A DNA stretch of 34,759 nt, from NCBI GenBank assembly GCA_022813865.1, contig JALDZX010000069.1, positions 62,001 through 96,759 on the forward strand, in the 5' to 3' direction. The stretch comes from Xylographa opegraphella. Its lineage: Eukaryota. Shown here piece by piece: positions 9,794 through 21,128 of the stretch. The notes beneath the pieces are model-generated. The model saw only the letters and a list, made by a program, of their open reading frames with translations, had not been told where the DNA came from and made no database searches. The position numbers and the translations under genes are program-made. Every line of letters starts with the position of its first letter. The first letter of the stretch is position 1.

Positions 9794-12700
9794 CAGTGTT
9801 CTAGAAGACATTGGCAGCCATCTCCATACGCACTTAACGCGCAGCCGATGCCGGTGAGCAGCCACGGTCCCAGCAGCCAGCTGAGAGGGGAAGCTAAAGG
9901 TATGGGAGGGTTCCTCCTGCCAATGATGAGGTTTGGTAAGAAAGTCCTCCACCTCCCAAACCGGTGGCACCTTGGCTACGATGGAAAAAGAAAGGTAGCT
10001 CCGGACTACAGTACCACAGAACAAAAGTACGTGTGCACCAGTTTGCGACGGGAAGCACCCGCCACATTGACCCATGACTTGGCCCGATCGAAGCCCACGG
10101 CCGTAAGACCGGTACGAGGATTCTTGGCCACGTGATCGAACGGAATGAAATCGAATGCCCTGCGCGGCGATAAGCTGTTATCTCCACCCCGTTGACCGCC
10201 AAAGCCCCGGAGCAGGCGAGGCAGGCAAAGCACCGATGGGCGACGAGCATGACGCCATTCGATGACTTATCGGCGACGGCAGTGTACTTCGTACACTTTA
10301 TCCATGGCATTCGATAGGAGCGACCGATGTTATGATCCACGACTCTCGAATCATGGGTCAATAGGTTATTCTGCCTCGGCGACGGGAAGTGTACTATGCC
10401 ATGGGTACCTTACCTTACCTGACCTGCCCTTTGGGTACACACCTATCATTATTGCTTGCCCGTACCTAAGGTACCTACCTTACGGAGGTACCTTACTTTG
10501 TATTTGCTTGACTTAGTGGCCGGCCTCGCTTAGCCTGTTCGGTGTTGCCGAGTTTGAGAAGTAGTTCGTACCTCCACGATCTTGCGCTTATGCCTAAGGT
10601 ATGTGGTCAAGGCGCACGAAGTGGGGGGGCAGGAGGCGCAAAGCCTAATCCCATCCGCGACAACTTTCACCTCTGACTTCTGCTGGAGTCTCGAGAAGTC
10701 GACTTCCTTTACCGGCGGCTGTACCTCCTGACATACCTAGCCTGCACTAAGGTGCCTTACGAAGTTACGAACATCAAAATAGGCACCGACTTGGGTAGGG
10801 CTGGTTACCTACGGTAGGTAGGTATCTTGGCTGTCCTCCGAAAAACTAATGCAGCTGACTTCGTCGTATCGATCATGCCTCTCACACCGTCCTTCGCATG
10901 GCGTGATGTGTCGAACCATCAAATTCGTCGAATCGGCGATTTGTTGCTAGAGCCAGTGCCACGATGCTTCTCACACCGTCATTCGCATAGGGTGATGTGT
11001 CGAATGGTCGCTGGAGTCACAAGAAGATGAGGGCCCTGCTGCGCCCGTACTCCGTACTGCACCAAACGACATTCGAAGAGCCAGTACCGCTCCGATACGC
11101 GCATTGCCCACCGCACCACTGGTCAGGAAACGATCTTTCGCACGCTCTGGGTTGACTTATGGCCGGCCCGATCTGCAACCTAATCGGCTATTGAAACCTT
11201 CCATCCACTCGAGCGCCGGGGGACGACTGTTGGCGACTCGGCAGCCATGGCAATCAGACAGCGGCAGGGCAGTGAAGAAAGAAATTACATAGGGGCCATG
11301 GCGATCGACCGTGATGATTTCAAAGGCGAGGCACATTCGGCGGCGACAGCGAATCAGTTTGTCCTCCGGCACTGTGCGTCTCAGCAATCTCAAACATAAA
11401 TCTCCCGTGCCGCATGTTCATCCGACGACGATCAGCCCTAACTAGCACTTGCAACGGTCGAACGGCGAGCTCTGTGCGGCTCGTGGTAGCAAGGTCAACG
11501 AGGTTGGGACTAAACGACACGTGTGTGGGATCGTCCCATTCCGCTCCATTGACAAACCCGACAATCTGGGATAACGGAGAAACCGGGCAGGGACACTTCT
11601 CGGAGGCTCCAACACCCCTCGGTGATCAGTGACACGACCGTGAAGGATCCGACGCCTCTTGCTTCGGATCCAAGGGGTCGGCGTCGTGCCTTGGCTCCCC
11701 ATTGGCTCTGTCCACGCCTCGACGATGCGATCCTCTCATGCGCCATAAGATTATAGAGTCGGATTGCAAGGGATGCTGAGCGGTCGTGCCAGCAACCGTG
11801 ACGGGGTGATATGGGAGTGCATCAATCACTTTCTGTCGAGTGCGCCAATCACGTTGCAGAAGACCTGCTGGCAGCTTAGGCGTCTCTTTTGACTGCCCGA
11901 TCGTGCTTTCAAGCTCACAGTAGTGATAGGGTGGACGGTACTCCGTACCCAGGGAGATATCTCGCTGACTCCGGAGGGTCAGTCATCCACTACACGGCCC
12001 TCGCTCGATGGGCTGCAGTCATGCATGAAAGGGAAAGGTTTGAGGACGAAAGCAGAGTGCATCCCGCAAGGCGGGAGGATGACGATACCTCCCGTCACGT
12101 AGGTCAGGCAAGGTAGCGTTCCCAGATGCGGTGTGCGCGAGATCAGTAGTCCGAAGGGTTGTGAACCTTTGGGGGTGGGGGGGGGCCGCCGATGCGTGGT
12201 TGCATGGCCACACGCACCGACGATGAGGCTGGTGCGTTTGTTTTAGTACTTTCCAACTCTAAAAACACAGTTTCGCACAAGGCCGAAGCGTTGCGAAGCG
12301 GTGTATATTTGGCACAGGGTTTAGTGTCCCGCCCAGTGACACAGCCCATGCCGGGCGTAAACGAGCCAATGGGAGCCGACGGCAGGCTGAGCCCGGATCC
12401 ATGCCGCTTTGGCTGCTCCCAGCTTCATCGGGCCGCCGAGAGCCAATGAAAACCGTCCTGCTCCTCGAAGTCGACCATTTCGAGATAGCGACGGGGTTAC
12501 AGGGGTCGGGAGAATGGAGAGAAAGTGGAATACCTTAATGAAGAGTCGAGCGCGTGCAGGCCACAGGGGGGAGGATGGCAGGTCCCGGCGGGCAGGGATC
12601 AGGGGCTTCACCGCTAGGACTACCTTCAACCGTGTGAGCATCTACTGTGTACATGCGTACTGTGGTGAAGGGTAGCGAGGCAGCCTTGTGGCTCTTCCTT

Positions 12701-13184
12701 GTGTCAGTCGTTTTGGTATTCGTCCATTCTACTTTTCTCACCGCTTCCCCATCCACCTGCTGCACTCTCTCGCTTGCTGCACGCTGGCCCTCACGCCCTC
12801 GTTCCCATGCGGAACACGCCAAACTTAGCTTGGCTGCTGTACAGCGTCAGCATGTGCAGCAGCCAAGAGGGTCCCAAGTCGTGGTGCAGGCAGCCGTCCT
12901 CCCCTGCACGTTCGTGCACTTCGGTGTGTCCGTGTAGCACTCCACTTGATGTCCCCCTGTTGCCCCCCTGCCGTCCACCCTCATAGGGCGAACCTAGCAT
13001 CATATGCAGCATGCTTGTTCTGCCTTAGCACTATCACTCTCACCACCACTACCACCCTTCTCCCCCCCCCCCCCGGTCGCCTTCCGATTCACCATTAGAA
13101 AGACTGCTGGCTGCACTTCTCATATCCTTATAGCTCGCCCCCAATTCAATGGTCGTGTTGGTCCTGAGCATCCTTCGTCACTGG

Positions 13185-13630
13185 TATATAATCATACATT
13201 AAAACGGTCGTGTTTCTCCAGACCCATTCCCTCCACACTTCGCGTCCATCAGGTCACTCGAAAGTCCGAGCCAGACCGCATCTACATCGCTGTCTATCTG
13301 CCGGTGTTGATCCATTCCCTTTTCGACCGCCCTCCACTTTCGTTGTCCCGCCCGTCTTCATCCAATACCAACCTCTTAAAAACAGCTCGACCGCTAGACA
13401 ACTGATCGTATATTCCGCCGACTTGTCGATCTTCTCGCGGCTCTCAAGGTAGGGCCCGCTCCCGAGAAGCTTTGCTTCTTCTATCAAGCCCCTGCGCTCG
13501 TTGCTCGTCTTTTTCGTCGTTGCTCCGGTTCTCGTCTCGTGTCTGATCGGAAGTGAGCAGTCTCGCAAACACCATTCGACACGACCCCAGCATAGTCAGG
13601 CCTCAAGGCCGCTGACCCGGAGACCGGGGC
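13185..13630 (+). promoter_or_regulatory. Putative TATA box (TATATAA 13185-13191) and long pyrimidine-rich, AUG-free 5' leader of the C2H2 factor
   Basis: No ATG on + between 13152 and 13630; CT-rich composition typical of fungal 5' UTRs. Confidence 0.5.
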
Positions 13631-16346
13631 ATGGCGTTGGTCCATAACTGCCTGTCCGACACCATTCTCTTTCCGAGAGAGTCTTCGTACTTCGACATGT
13701 CCGACTCGAGGCAAATGGGAGGGTTCGATGGTTACGAATATGATATGAACACCGCCATGCCGCAAGACTTCCCCGACTTGATGCACTCTACCTACGACTC
13801 CTACACCGCCCACCCCGCCTATAGCTCCATCGAGCAAAACTACTACAACCTCACCCCTCAGTTCGTCCTCAACGGACCCAAGGACAGCACCATACAGGCC
13901 TCTCACCGCTTCGAACATTCCGAATCCCCTTCCACTTCCATGTCACGCGCTCTCGACCACGCCTCCTCTAACCTCTCCCATACCTCTGGGGCCTCGGGCC
14001 AAAGCAGTGCATCTTCCGTCGTCGGCTCGCCTTATTCTCAAGCGACGCACAGCTTGTCCGGTCAGGAGTTCTGGGTTCACCATTCCGGACTCGGTATTGG
14101 TCCGAGTATTGTGAACGAGCCCTCAATTGATCCCTTCAGTCTCTCCGGACCGGATTCGGAGCCGCTCTTGTTCGCCAGCGACAAGTTTCCCGGAAACTTT
14201 GTCGGTGAGTCGAGAAAGCTTTCTTCGTCTTTTATCTCTAGCAGTCCTGTTCTTGCTTCTCCGATTTCTTGTTCGTCTCTTACCTCTGGCTCGCTCGCGT
14301 CTTCTTTTCCTTCTCCAGCGCTGGCACTGGATACCTCTTTCGCTCCTCGGCAGATGACGATAGATACCATCCTTGAGGAAGTCAATGCAATGGGGAACTC
14401 AAGAAACACTGATTCTCCGACCGCTACAACGTCGCCAAGCACAGCATCACCCACTGCATTTCATCAAGCACATATTTCGAAACTTGCGCAGCCTAGGAAC
14501 ACACCGTTCAAGTCACCCACAACACCCGCTTCGGCAACGGCACTCTCCACATTTTCTCGGTCCCGCAATTCTGGATCCCGAAAACGGTCCATTGCCATGT
14601 CAGACCCTCGTGATGCTGTCACTGATCAGACGCCTCCCAAGCGGGCAACACCACCTCTATCTTCTCCTAGTCATATCTATGGGAGTCAATTCCAGACCCC
14701 ATTTTTCAGTCAGAGCAGTGGCAGATTTGTTGCTCCTCTTCAGTCCACCTGTTGGTTTTCCTTGCGTTACATTCTTCTTTTTCTTTTCCCCGAGTAATCT
14801 TAACTTGGATGCTTCTCTCTTCGTTCCGCATTCCTTTTTTCATAAAGCAATGGGCGAATTATGCTAACTTGAGCTGACAGATCCTGCTCTCATTCAACAT
14901 TACGATACACCGGTTGCATTAACCACACCTTCCGCGGCATACGCCGGCAATTTTAATCCTTTCCAGCCGCCCTCTCACGTTTTTCAACCCCCTTCTCCAG
15001 CCCCGTCAGACGTGTCAAGTCACGCTTCATATGCAAACGGATCAGCAAGAGCCCGCAGCACCAACGGATCACCGTATCTACATCAACATCATCCATACCC
15101 TCCGATGTCGCAAGGTCGGAGACCCTCCATTAGCTCCATGCATTCATACTACTCTCACGACAGTCCCCGGTCATCAGTCGGTCCAGATGGAGAAGGTAGC
15201 GAGCGTGGTCGCTGCCCTAATATAGAGTGTGGTCGTTTGTTCAAGGACCTCAAAGCTCACATGCTTACCCATCAATCCGAGCGACCAGAGAAGTGTCCGA
15301 TCGTGACATGCGACTATCATCAGAAAGGATTTGCTCGCAAGTACGACAAGAACCGCCACACCTTAACACACTACAAGGGAACGATGATTTGCGGATTCTG
15401 TCCCGGTCCCGGTTCTTCGGCCGAGAAGAGCTTCAACCGCGCTGATGTCTTTAAGCGTCATTTGACCTCCGTTCATGGGGTCGAGCAAAATCCACCTAAC
15501 AGCCGCAAGAAGAGCCCCGGCCTTTCTTCTGCCAGAAAATCAACGTCGGCGACACAGGATGCGGCCGGCAAGTGCTCGTCATGCTCTACAACGTTCAGCA
15601 ACGCGCAGGACTTATTTGATCATCTCGATCAGTGCATCTTGAACCAGCTGTCGCGAACCGACCCGACTGAAGTTATCAACGCGCAGATCTTGACCGGGAT
15701 CGCTAACGACCGAGCGGTCCAAGAGACGATGGAACGCAATCTACTTCCCTTGGGATTGGTCGATAGCCTCAAGAGTGAGCCAGTCGATGATGACGAGGAC
15801 GATGAGGACATGGCTGAGATTGAAGACCACAATGACTACACTTGGACTGGCACAGCCGCACCGGCATCTCGATCCGGCAAAGGTACGATCCGCGCCAACA
15901 AGCGGGACTCGAGTTGACAATCAGCACATCCCCGAGGTGTCCTTTCGCACGTTGGGGGTGGTAACTCTATCGCTAAACCTGGCCGGAACGGACCTGGTGG
16001 CAAGGCTTCAGGTCTTACTCGGTCCAAAGGGGGCGTTCCGGTCGTTGGCAAAGGGCGGAAGAAGCGCAAGTATTATCCCAACGCATGGGGATGTCCCATC
16101 GATAAGATGAAGATGAAAAAACGAGTTGTATGTGTCTACGATGGACAACGGCGACTATGGAAGGACGAAATGATGCTTGACAAGAATTTCGAAGTGCGCA
16201 TGCATTTGGAAGACGGCGACGACTACGTTACGGATCTGGATTACCAAACACTCCAAAGAACTGAAGCTCTACACAATGCCACAGAGGAGGAAAAAGGACC
16301 GTGGAGGGAGGATGACGACACGGATATCTCAAGACTGTTGTTCTAA
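13631..16346 (+). CDS. C2H2 zinc-finger transcription factor; exon 1 13631-14204 or 13631-14750 (alternative donors), exon 2 14881-15917 (TGA), with in-frame C-terminal extension 15918-16346 reachable by readthrough or a 42-nt intron (15883-15924)
   Basis: Fingers RCPNIECGRLFKDLKAHMLTH, KCPIVTCDYHQKGFARKYDKNRHTLTH, CGFCPG...FNRADVFKRHLTSVH, KCSSCSTTFSNAQDLFDHLDQC. S/P-rich N-terminus. Acceptor GCTAAC...GCTGACAG at 14880 is in frame with both donors. ORF 16107-16346 is in the same frame as the finger ORF. Confidence 0.9.
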
Positions 16347-16755
16347 GTGCCATGCAATCTGCCACGCTGTACTTGTATCCTTCTCTTTGCCCTGAAGCCT
16401 GTTCGCAGGCGAAAATCTGCACTATTTAGTGATCTTCACTTCACCGTTGGTTCTGATGCCAGAGTCGCATTTTACGATTGATGGCTTCATGATGGATATG
16501 GATGAGACCTATTGGATAATGAGCCGGATGCTGCATTGGTTGAGCTTAACTGTCAATCGATGTGGGTTCAGTAGCTGTTACTGTATTACATAGTGCTGGA
16601 CACACAAAACGTTGAGAAAAAGCTATTATTTTGCCTCTCCACTGGTATCCTCTATCTCCTGCCTCTTAAGGGCGCTGAGTCAAAAATCGCTTTTATTTTG
16701 GGTATATACTTGTTGATGAAATGCCCAATAATAGAGGCTATCGAGCCAGTCAGTT

Positions 16756-16777
16756 CGAAGTAAGGTACCTTACTTCG
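16756..16777. repeat. Perfect 22-bp palindrome CGAAGTAAGGTACCTTACTTCG upstream of PRI2
   Basis: Sequence equals its own reverse complement. Confidence 0.9.
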
Positions 16778-16893
16778 TAGTATGTTCGACCAATTATACC
16801 CAACCTTGACCGCCGAAAAATAGATGCGGCTGGCTCACGATGATGGCGCTATGCTGGACGCTAGCCGCTTAGAGCCAAAGCCGTGGACAAGGA

Positions 16894-16922
16894 TTCGCGG
16901 TCCCTACATTCAGAAGACGCGT
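16894..16922. promoter_or_regulatory. MCB (MluI cell-cycle box) ACGCGT at 16917-16922 plus CGCGAA-type site (TTCGCG 16894-16899) in the PRI2 promoter
   Basis: Exact motif ~90 bp upstream of a DNA replication gene. MBF/MCB control of G1/S replication genes is established in ascomycetes. Confidence 0.6.
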
Positions 16923-17010
16923 TCTGCGTAACGTAAGTCCGCAGAGCTACTCCATCGACAGACGTGCGTGTGTCTAATCCTATCATTCTTGTGATTCTAC
17001 AGCGGTAAAC

Positions 17011-18666
17011 ATGATCCGACAGCCCACCGGTCGTATCGATCCAAAGCGCCAGAACACCATCAGCCATAAGAAAAAGCAGTTTGCCGATCCGACGTACAGA
17101 CAACAAGAATACCCGAATCGCTTGAGTTTCTACGATGTGCCTCCAACAGCAGAAATCACGCTCGAGCAGTTCGAGCAGTGGGCCATCGACAGACTGAGAA
17201 GTATTGCCTCCTATTCCCGGCTTCCGTGGAAGTTGACACGGCGCAGTCCTCGCCGAGCTGGAAGCCTGTTCTTTTCGGAACAAGACTCCCGCAGAGACCG
17301 CCGCACACATCACCCCTCTTCTCCAGAGATACCTCCCGCTATACTCAAACACCTCTTCCCCCTTAGGCCCTCAGGATGACAAGCTCAAGCTGGAGCGTCA
17401 GAAGGACCATTACTCCCACTTCATTCTTCGCCTGGCGTTCTCTTCCACCGAAGATCTACGGCGGCGCTTTACCCGGATCGAGAGCGCGCTGTTCAAGTTG
17501 CGCTTCCAGACTGACGATGCTCGGGAGCGGCAGGCGTTCATTGAGAGTCTGGATTTCAATTGGGAAGTCGTGCCGGAAGTTGAAAAGCGCGATTTAGGGC
17601 CTCATCTTCTGAACGCAACGCCAGGCCTCCGGCGGCAGGAGCTCGAGGACGGGGGCTGGTTTAAAGTGGACTGGGAGATGGTACCAGAGCTGGTGGAGAG
17701 CCGCAGGGTCTTCGTGAAGAACGGCAAGGCGTACGTGCCGGCACGGGAACAGATGAGCATGGTACTGGCAGAGTTCAGCGCTCGCCTCGACAAAGGACTC
17801 GAGGTATCTCCCCCCCTCCTCCCTTCCCTCTCCAACCACGGCCCCCAAGGTCGTCCGCAATCCCCATCCTAATCCCCTCCTAGCTTACATCACGCGCCCT
17901 TCCCCGCCTGGACGAGGACGACCGCCTGACACCCATCCTCACGCACTTATCCAAGAATTTCGCGACCCCAGATTCTACCCTGGCGGACGCGGACTCCGCT
18001 CTCCCGGGCGCGCCCATCACCGCTGCCTCCGTCGATGCTCTGGCGCAGCATTTCCCCCTATGCATGCGCAACCTGCACGCCACGCTCCGTGCCAACAGCC
18101 ATCTGAAGCACTTCGGCCGCCTGCAGTACACGCTCTTCCTCAAGGGCTTGGGCCTCTCCCTCGAGGACTGCTTGCTCTTCTGGCGCCGCGCCTTCCGCCT
18201 CATCACCGACGACACCTTCAACAAAGAGTACCGCTACAACGTGCGCCACGCGTACGGCGACGTGGGGGGCGACGCGCTGCGACGGGGCCGCGGATACGCG
18301 CCCTTTTCGTGCCAGAAGATCCTGACGGAGCATCCGCCGGGAAGTGGCGAGAGCCACGGGTGCCCGTACCGGCACTTCAGCGTCGACAACCTGAGCGCGC
18401 TGCTGCAGACGACGGGGGTGAACGATCGAGAGGTGCTGCGGGGCGTGAAGGAGGATGTGGAGAGGAAGAGGTATCATATCGCGTGCAACCGGGTGTTCGA
18501 GTGGGCGCACCGGGCGGACCTGAAGCGGGTGAAGGAGGATGGGAGCTGGGGCGCGGCGGATCTGGATGTCATCGTCCATCCGAACACGTACTTCAAGCGA
18601 AGCTATCTGCTGAGGAACGGGGCCGGAGCCGGCGGAGTGGGAAAGGAGGTGGAGATGGAGACGTAA
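17011..18666 (+). CDS. PRI2: DNA primase large subunit (p58), ~509 aa; exons 17011-17200, 17247-17803, 17884-18666
   Basis: LSFYDVPPTAEITLEQFEQWAIDRL, KDHYSHFILRLAF, and the Fe-S domain cysteines (HFPLCM, FSCQKI, HGCPY, IACNRVF) with HLKHFGRLQYTLFLKGLGL and HPNTYF. Introns are frame-consistent. Confidence 0.95.
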
Positions 18667-18965
18667 GGGCTCAGGGCTTCCCCGAGCTATACATTGCAAG
18701 GCAGTGTGGGCAAGGACGGTCTGGTGGCTTTTCGTAGTTGTATCGGGCAAGGTATCTGGGGGTGGGTCCATGTAGCGTGTAAATCAAGGGTCTGGGGGGA
18801 GCTGAACGCGCTTGGATGCGGAGAGTTCCTGTGCAAACATGTTTTGTGAGACCGAAACAAGGCTTCATAATGACCCAGGTGCGTGGCCATGACCGACTTC
18901 TAGCTGAAACGTACACTTCGCCATGTCTGTGACTTCTGCAATCGCTCTCCGGACTAAGAATACCA

Positions 18966-21128
18966 TCAGCCTACCTTCGTCGGCCCACCGTCCACCACCT
19001 CCGCGTCCTCCTGCTCAGTCCCGTCCGTCTCTCCATCCTCGCCCTCGGAATCATCGAAGAAAACTGCACTCTGTCTTTTCAGTTCCTCCAGCACGCTCGA
19101 ACGACTTTGCCTCCGACGCAAACCTTGCAGCTCACTCAGGTTCCCCTTCTCGTCGTCCTCAAAGGGGTTGTCTTCAGCCTCATTCTTGACCGCTTCGATC
19201 CATCCCCGCTTCGACTGCCCCTGCAAGTGCAGACTCTCCGGACGCCCAGCCTCCTGCCCATACAAGAGCCCCCGCTCAACCAAGCGCTCGATCTTCATCC
19301 GATTCGCGATAAACAATAGTTTCGGGAAGGTGCTCTGCTGGCCTACCTGCAGCATCCTTGCAAGTCGCTCTGGGGTAGGGTCCGAAAGGATGTAGTAGAA
19401 GTCGCCAATCTGGCTTTTGGGCCAGATAGTGACTGTGCCGCTGAACTGTTGCAGCCAGATCTCAGACCAGTCCTGGCCGAGCGGGCGTGGGAGCAGTTCT
19501 AGGTGGCGCAGCACTTTGAGCCACTTGTTCAGGTCAAGCTTGAGGTACTGCTCGGTCGCGGAGCCGAGGAAGCCACCGCGCCAGCCGCGACCTTTGCGGT
19601 GCGTGACAGGGCGGCCAACGGTGCCGCGTGACGAGAAAAAGAATAGATTGATGTGGGGATTGACCTGGGAGACGATACTGAAGTTGACGTTGAAATGAAG
19701 ATTCAGGGCTCGAAGTGGAATGTCAGTACGAAGCGAACCATCTTTCCATTTGTGACCGAAGGAGTAAGGGGCCAGAGCGCCGGAGCCGGTTTTCATCATC
19801 AGAACCACAGGGTTCAGAATGCCTGGGACGGCAGCAGAAGCCAGGACTGCCGACCAGATCACACAGTCTGGAGCGGTAAGATAGTTGGTGAGGATCGTGG
19901 GAGAGTGCGGATCCGAAGGTACGCATGTGACGTTAAGAATACGACCGGTGCGCTCATATGCTTCACGAAAGGTGGTGCTGCCACGGCAGAACCAACTAGC
20001 TTGACGAGCCCATTCGATCGAGTCGAAGCGTGCCCCAGTACGCCACCAGCGACGAACCCACGTGGCGAAGGAGTCTTTGCATGCATTGATATGTTCCGCT
20101 AAAGCAGGGACCAAAAGCATCTTAAGTTCTTCGTCTGTACGGGTTGCCACAAGTGCTGCGACGATTGCGCCCCCAGATGTCCCAGTGATGACATCCGGCA
20201 GCAAGGCTGCATCGATCAGAGCCTTGACCACCCCAAAATGGTAGTATGCAAAGGATGCTCCGCCAGATAAGCAGAGAGCAGTATGACCTATATTCGTGTG
20301 CAGATGTCTAGAAAGGTTGTACTTGTCTAGCTTGCTCAAGCGCGTCGTCTGCAGGAGAAATGAAAGCGACTTCTGCAGCTCGTCGATGAAATCCTGCACA
20401 AGACGTTTTGTTCCGTAATATGTCTCACTGTATATCCTTGGGTTCTCGATGCCTGCAAAATTATTCTTCACACATGCCCCAACCAGACTCTTGAGCTCTT
20501 CCACGGCCTGCTCGGAACTCATATTGTCTCTGCCGTCATCGTGCTTTCGCTCTGCACGTTCCCGGCGCATTTGGAGCTGCGCCTTGACTCTTTTCACAGT
20601 CTTGAAATCATAGTAGGCGTAGTCCTCGGTCTCTTTCCATCGTTCATTGCCCAATAGACCATCGAGTTCCTTCGCTGCCTGGACCCAATCAGCATAATTT
20701 GTTTTAGACCTGATGTTCAGCCGTAACTTCTCCCGCTGGCCTCTCCATGTGACGAGATGTTCATACGCCCATATGTAGAGCCTGGTCGCCAAATAAGAGA
20801 CACCAAGTGCCGAGAGCCATCCAAACACTACCAGCAGCAATGGCCACTTCAAGATAGTGTAAACGAAGCCTTCTCGGGTCTCATCCTTGCTTCTCTTCGG
20901 TTTAGTCTTCTTGCTTCGTATACCTTTCCGCCTCACGCGTTGATGGATAGGGCGCCAGTCGTTAAGCGCTGTCACAGGTTCCGATTCCGGCGCATGCAAT
21001 GCTTTGGCAAACTCGTCGAGATCTGCCTGTTCAATGAACTCGTTGTCATAATCGGGTAGTTGAGAGAAGTCATATCCATCTCTTTCGTCAGGCGCAGGCC
21101 CGTTGGTGGCCTTGTTGATGTCAGCCAT
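18966..21128 (-). CDS. Patatin-like phospholipase / Tgl3-Tgl4-family triacylglycerol lipase, 720 aa, single exon
   Basis: Oxyanion LCLSGGASFAYYHFGV, nucleophile GTSGG, catalytic WKDGS, N-terminal TM helix and DUF3336-like region. Confidence 0.92.
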   Translation of the reverse strand: MADINKATNGPAPDERDGYDFSQLPDYDNEFIEQADLDEFAKALHAPESEPVTALNDWRPIHQRVRRKGIRSKKTKPKRSKDETREGFVYTILKWPLLLVVFGWLSALGVSYLATRLYIWAYEHLVTWRGQREKLRLNIRSKTNYADWVQAAKELDGLLGNERWKETEDYAYYDFKTVKRVKAQLQMRRERAERKHDDGRDNMSSEQAVEELKSLVGACVKNNFAGIENPRIYSETYYGTKRLVQDFIDELQKSLSFLLQTTRLSKLDKYNLSRHLHTNIGHTALCLSGGASFAYYHFGVVKALIDAALLPDVITGTSGGAIVAALVATRTDEELKMLLVPALAEHINACKDSFATWVRRWWRTGARFDSIEWARQASWFCRGSTTFREAYERTGRILNVTCVPSDPHSPTILTNYLTAPDCVIWSAVLASAAVPGILNPVVLMMKTGSGALAPYSFGHKWKDGSLRTDIPLRALNLHFNVNFSIVSQVNPHINLFFFSSRGTVGRPVTHRKGRGWRGGFLGSATEQYLKLDLNKWLKVLRHLELLPRPLGQDWSEIWLQQFSGTVTIWPKSQIGDFYYILSDPTPERLARMLQVGQQSTFPKLLFIANRMKIERLVERGLLYGQEAGRPESLHLQGQSKRGWIEAVKNEAEDNPFEDDEKGNLSELQGLRRRQSRSSVLEELKRQSAVFFDDSEGEDGETDGTEQEDAEVVDGGPTKVG

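Noticed and set aside
9506..10135. 209-aa Gly-rich ORF and overlapping antisense ORFs
   Set aside because: Arises from G-runs, GTG start, no domain features.
13004..13405. 133-aa ORF upstream of the C2H2 gene as a possible uORF
   Set aside because: Its ATG lies upstream of the putative TATA box; low-complexity translation.
16107..16346. 79-aa ORF as an independent small gene
   Set aside because: Same frame as the zinc-finger ORF with only one intervening stop and no promoter-like gap; better explained as its C-terminal extension.
18058..18771. Long alternative-frame and antisense ORFs over PRI2 exon 3
   Set aside because: Expected by-product of very high GC3.
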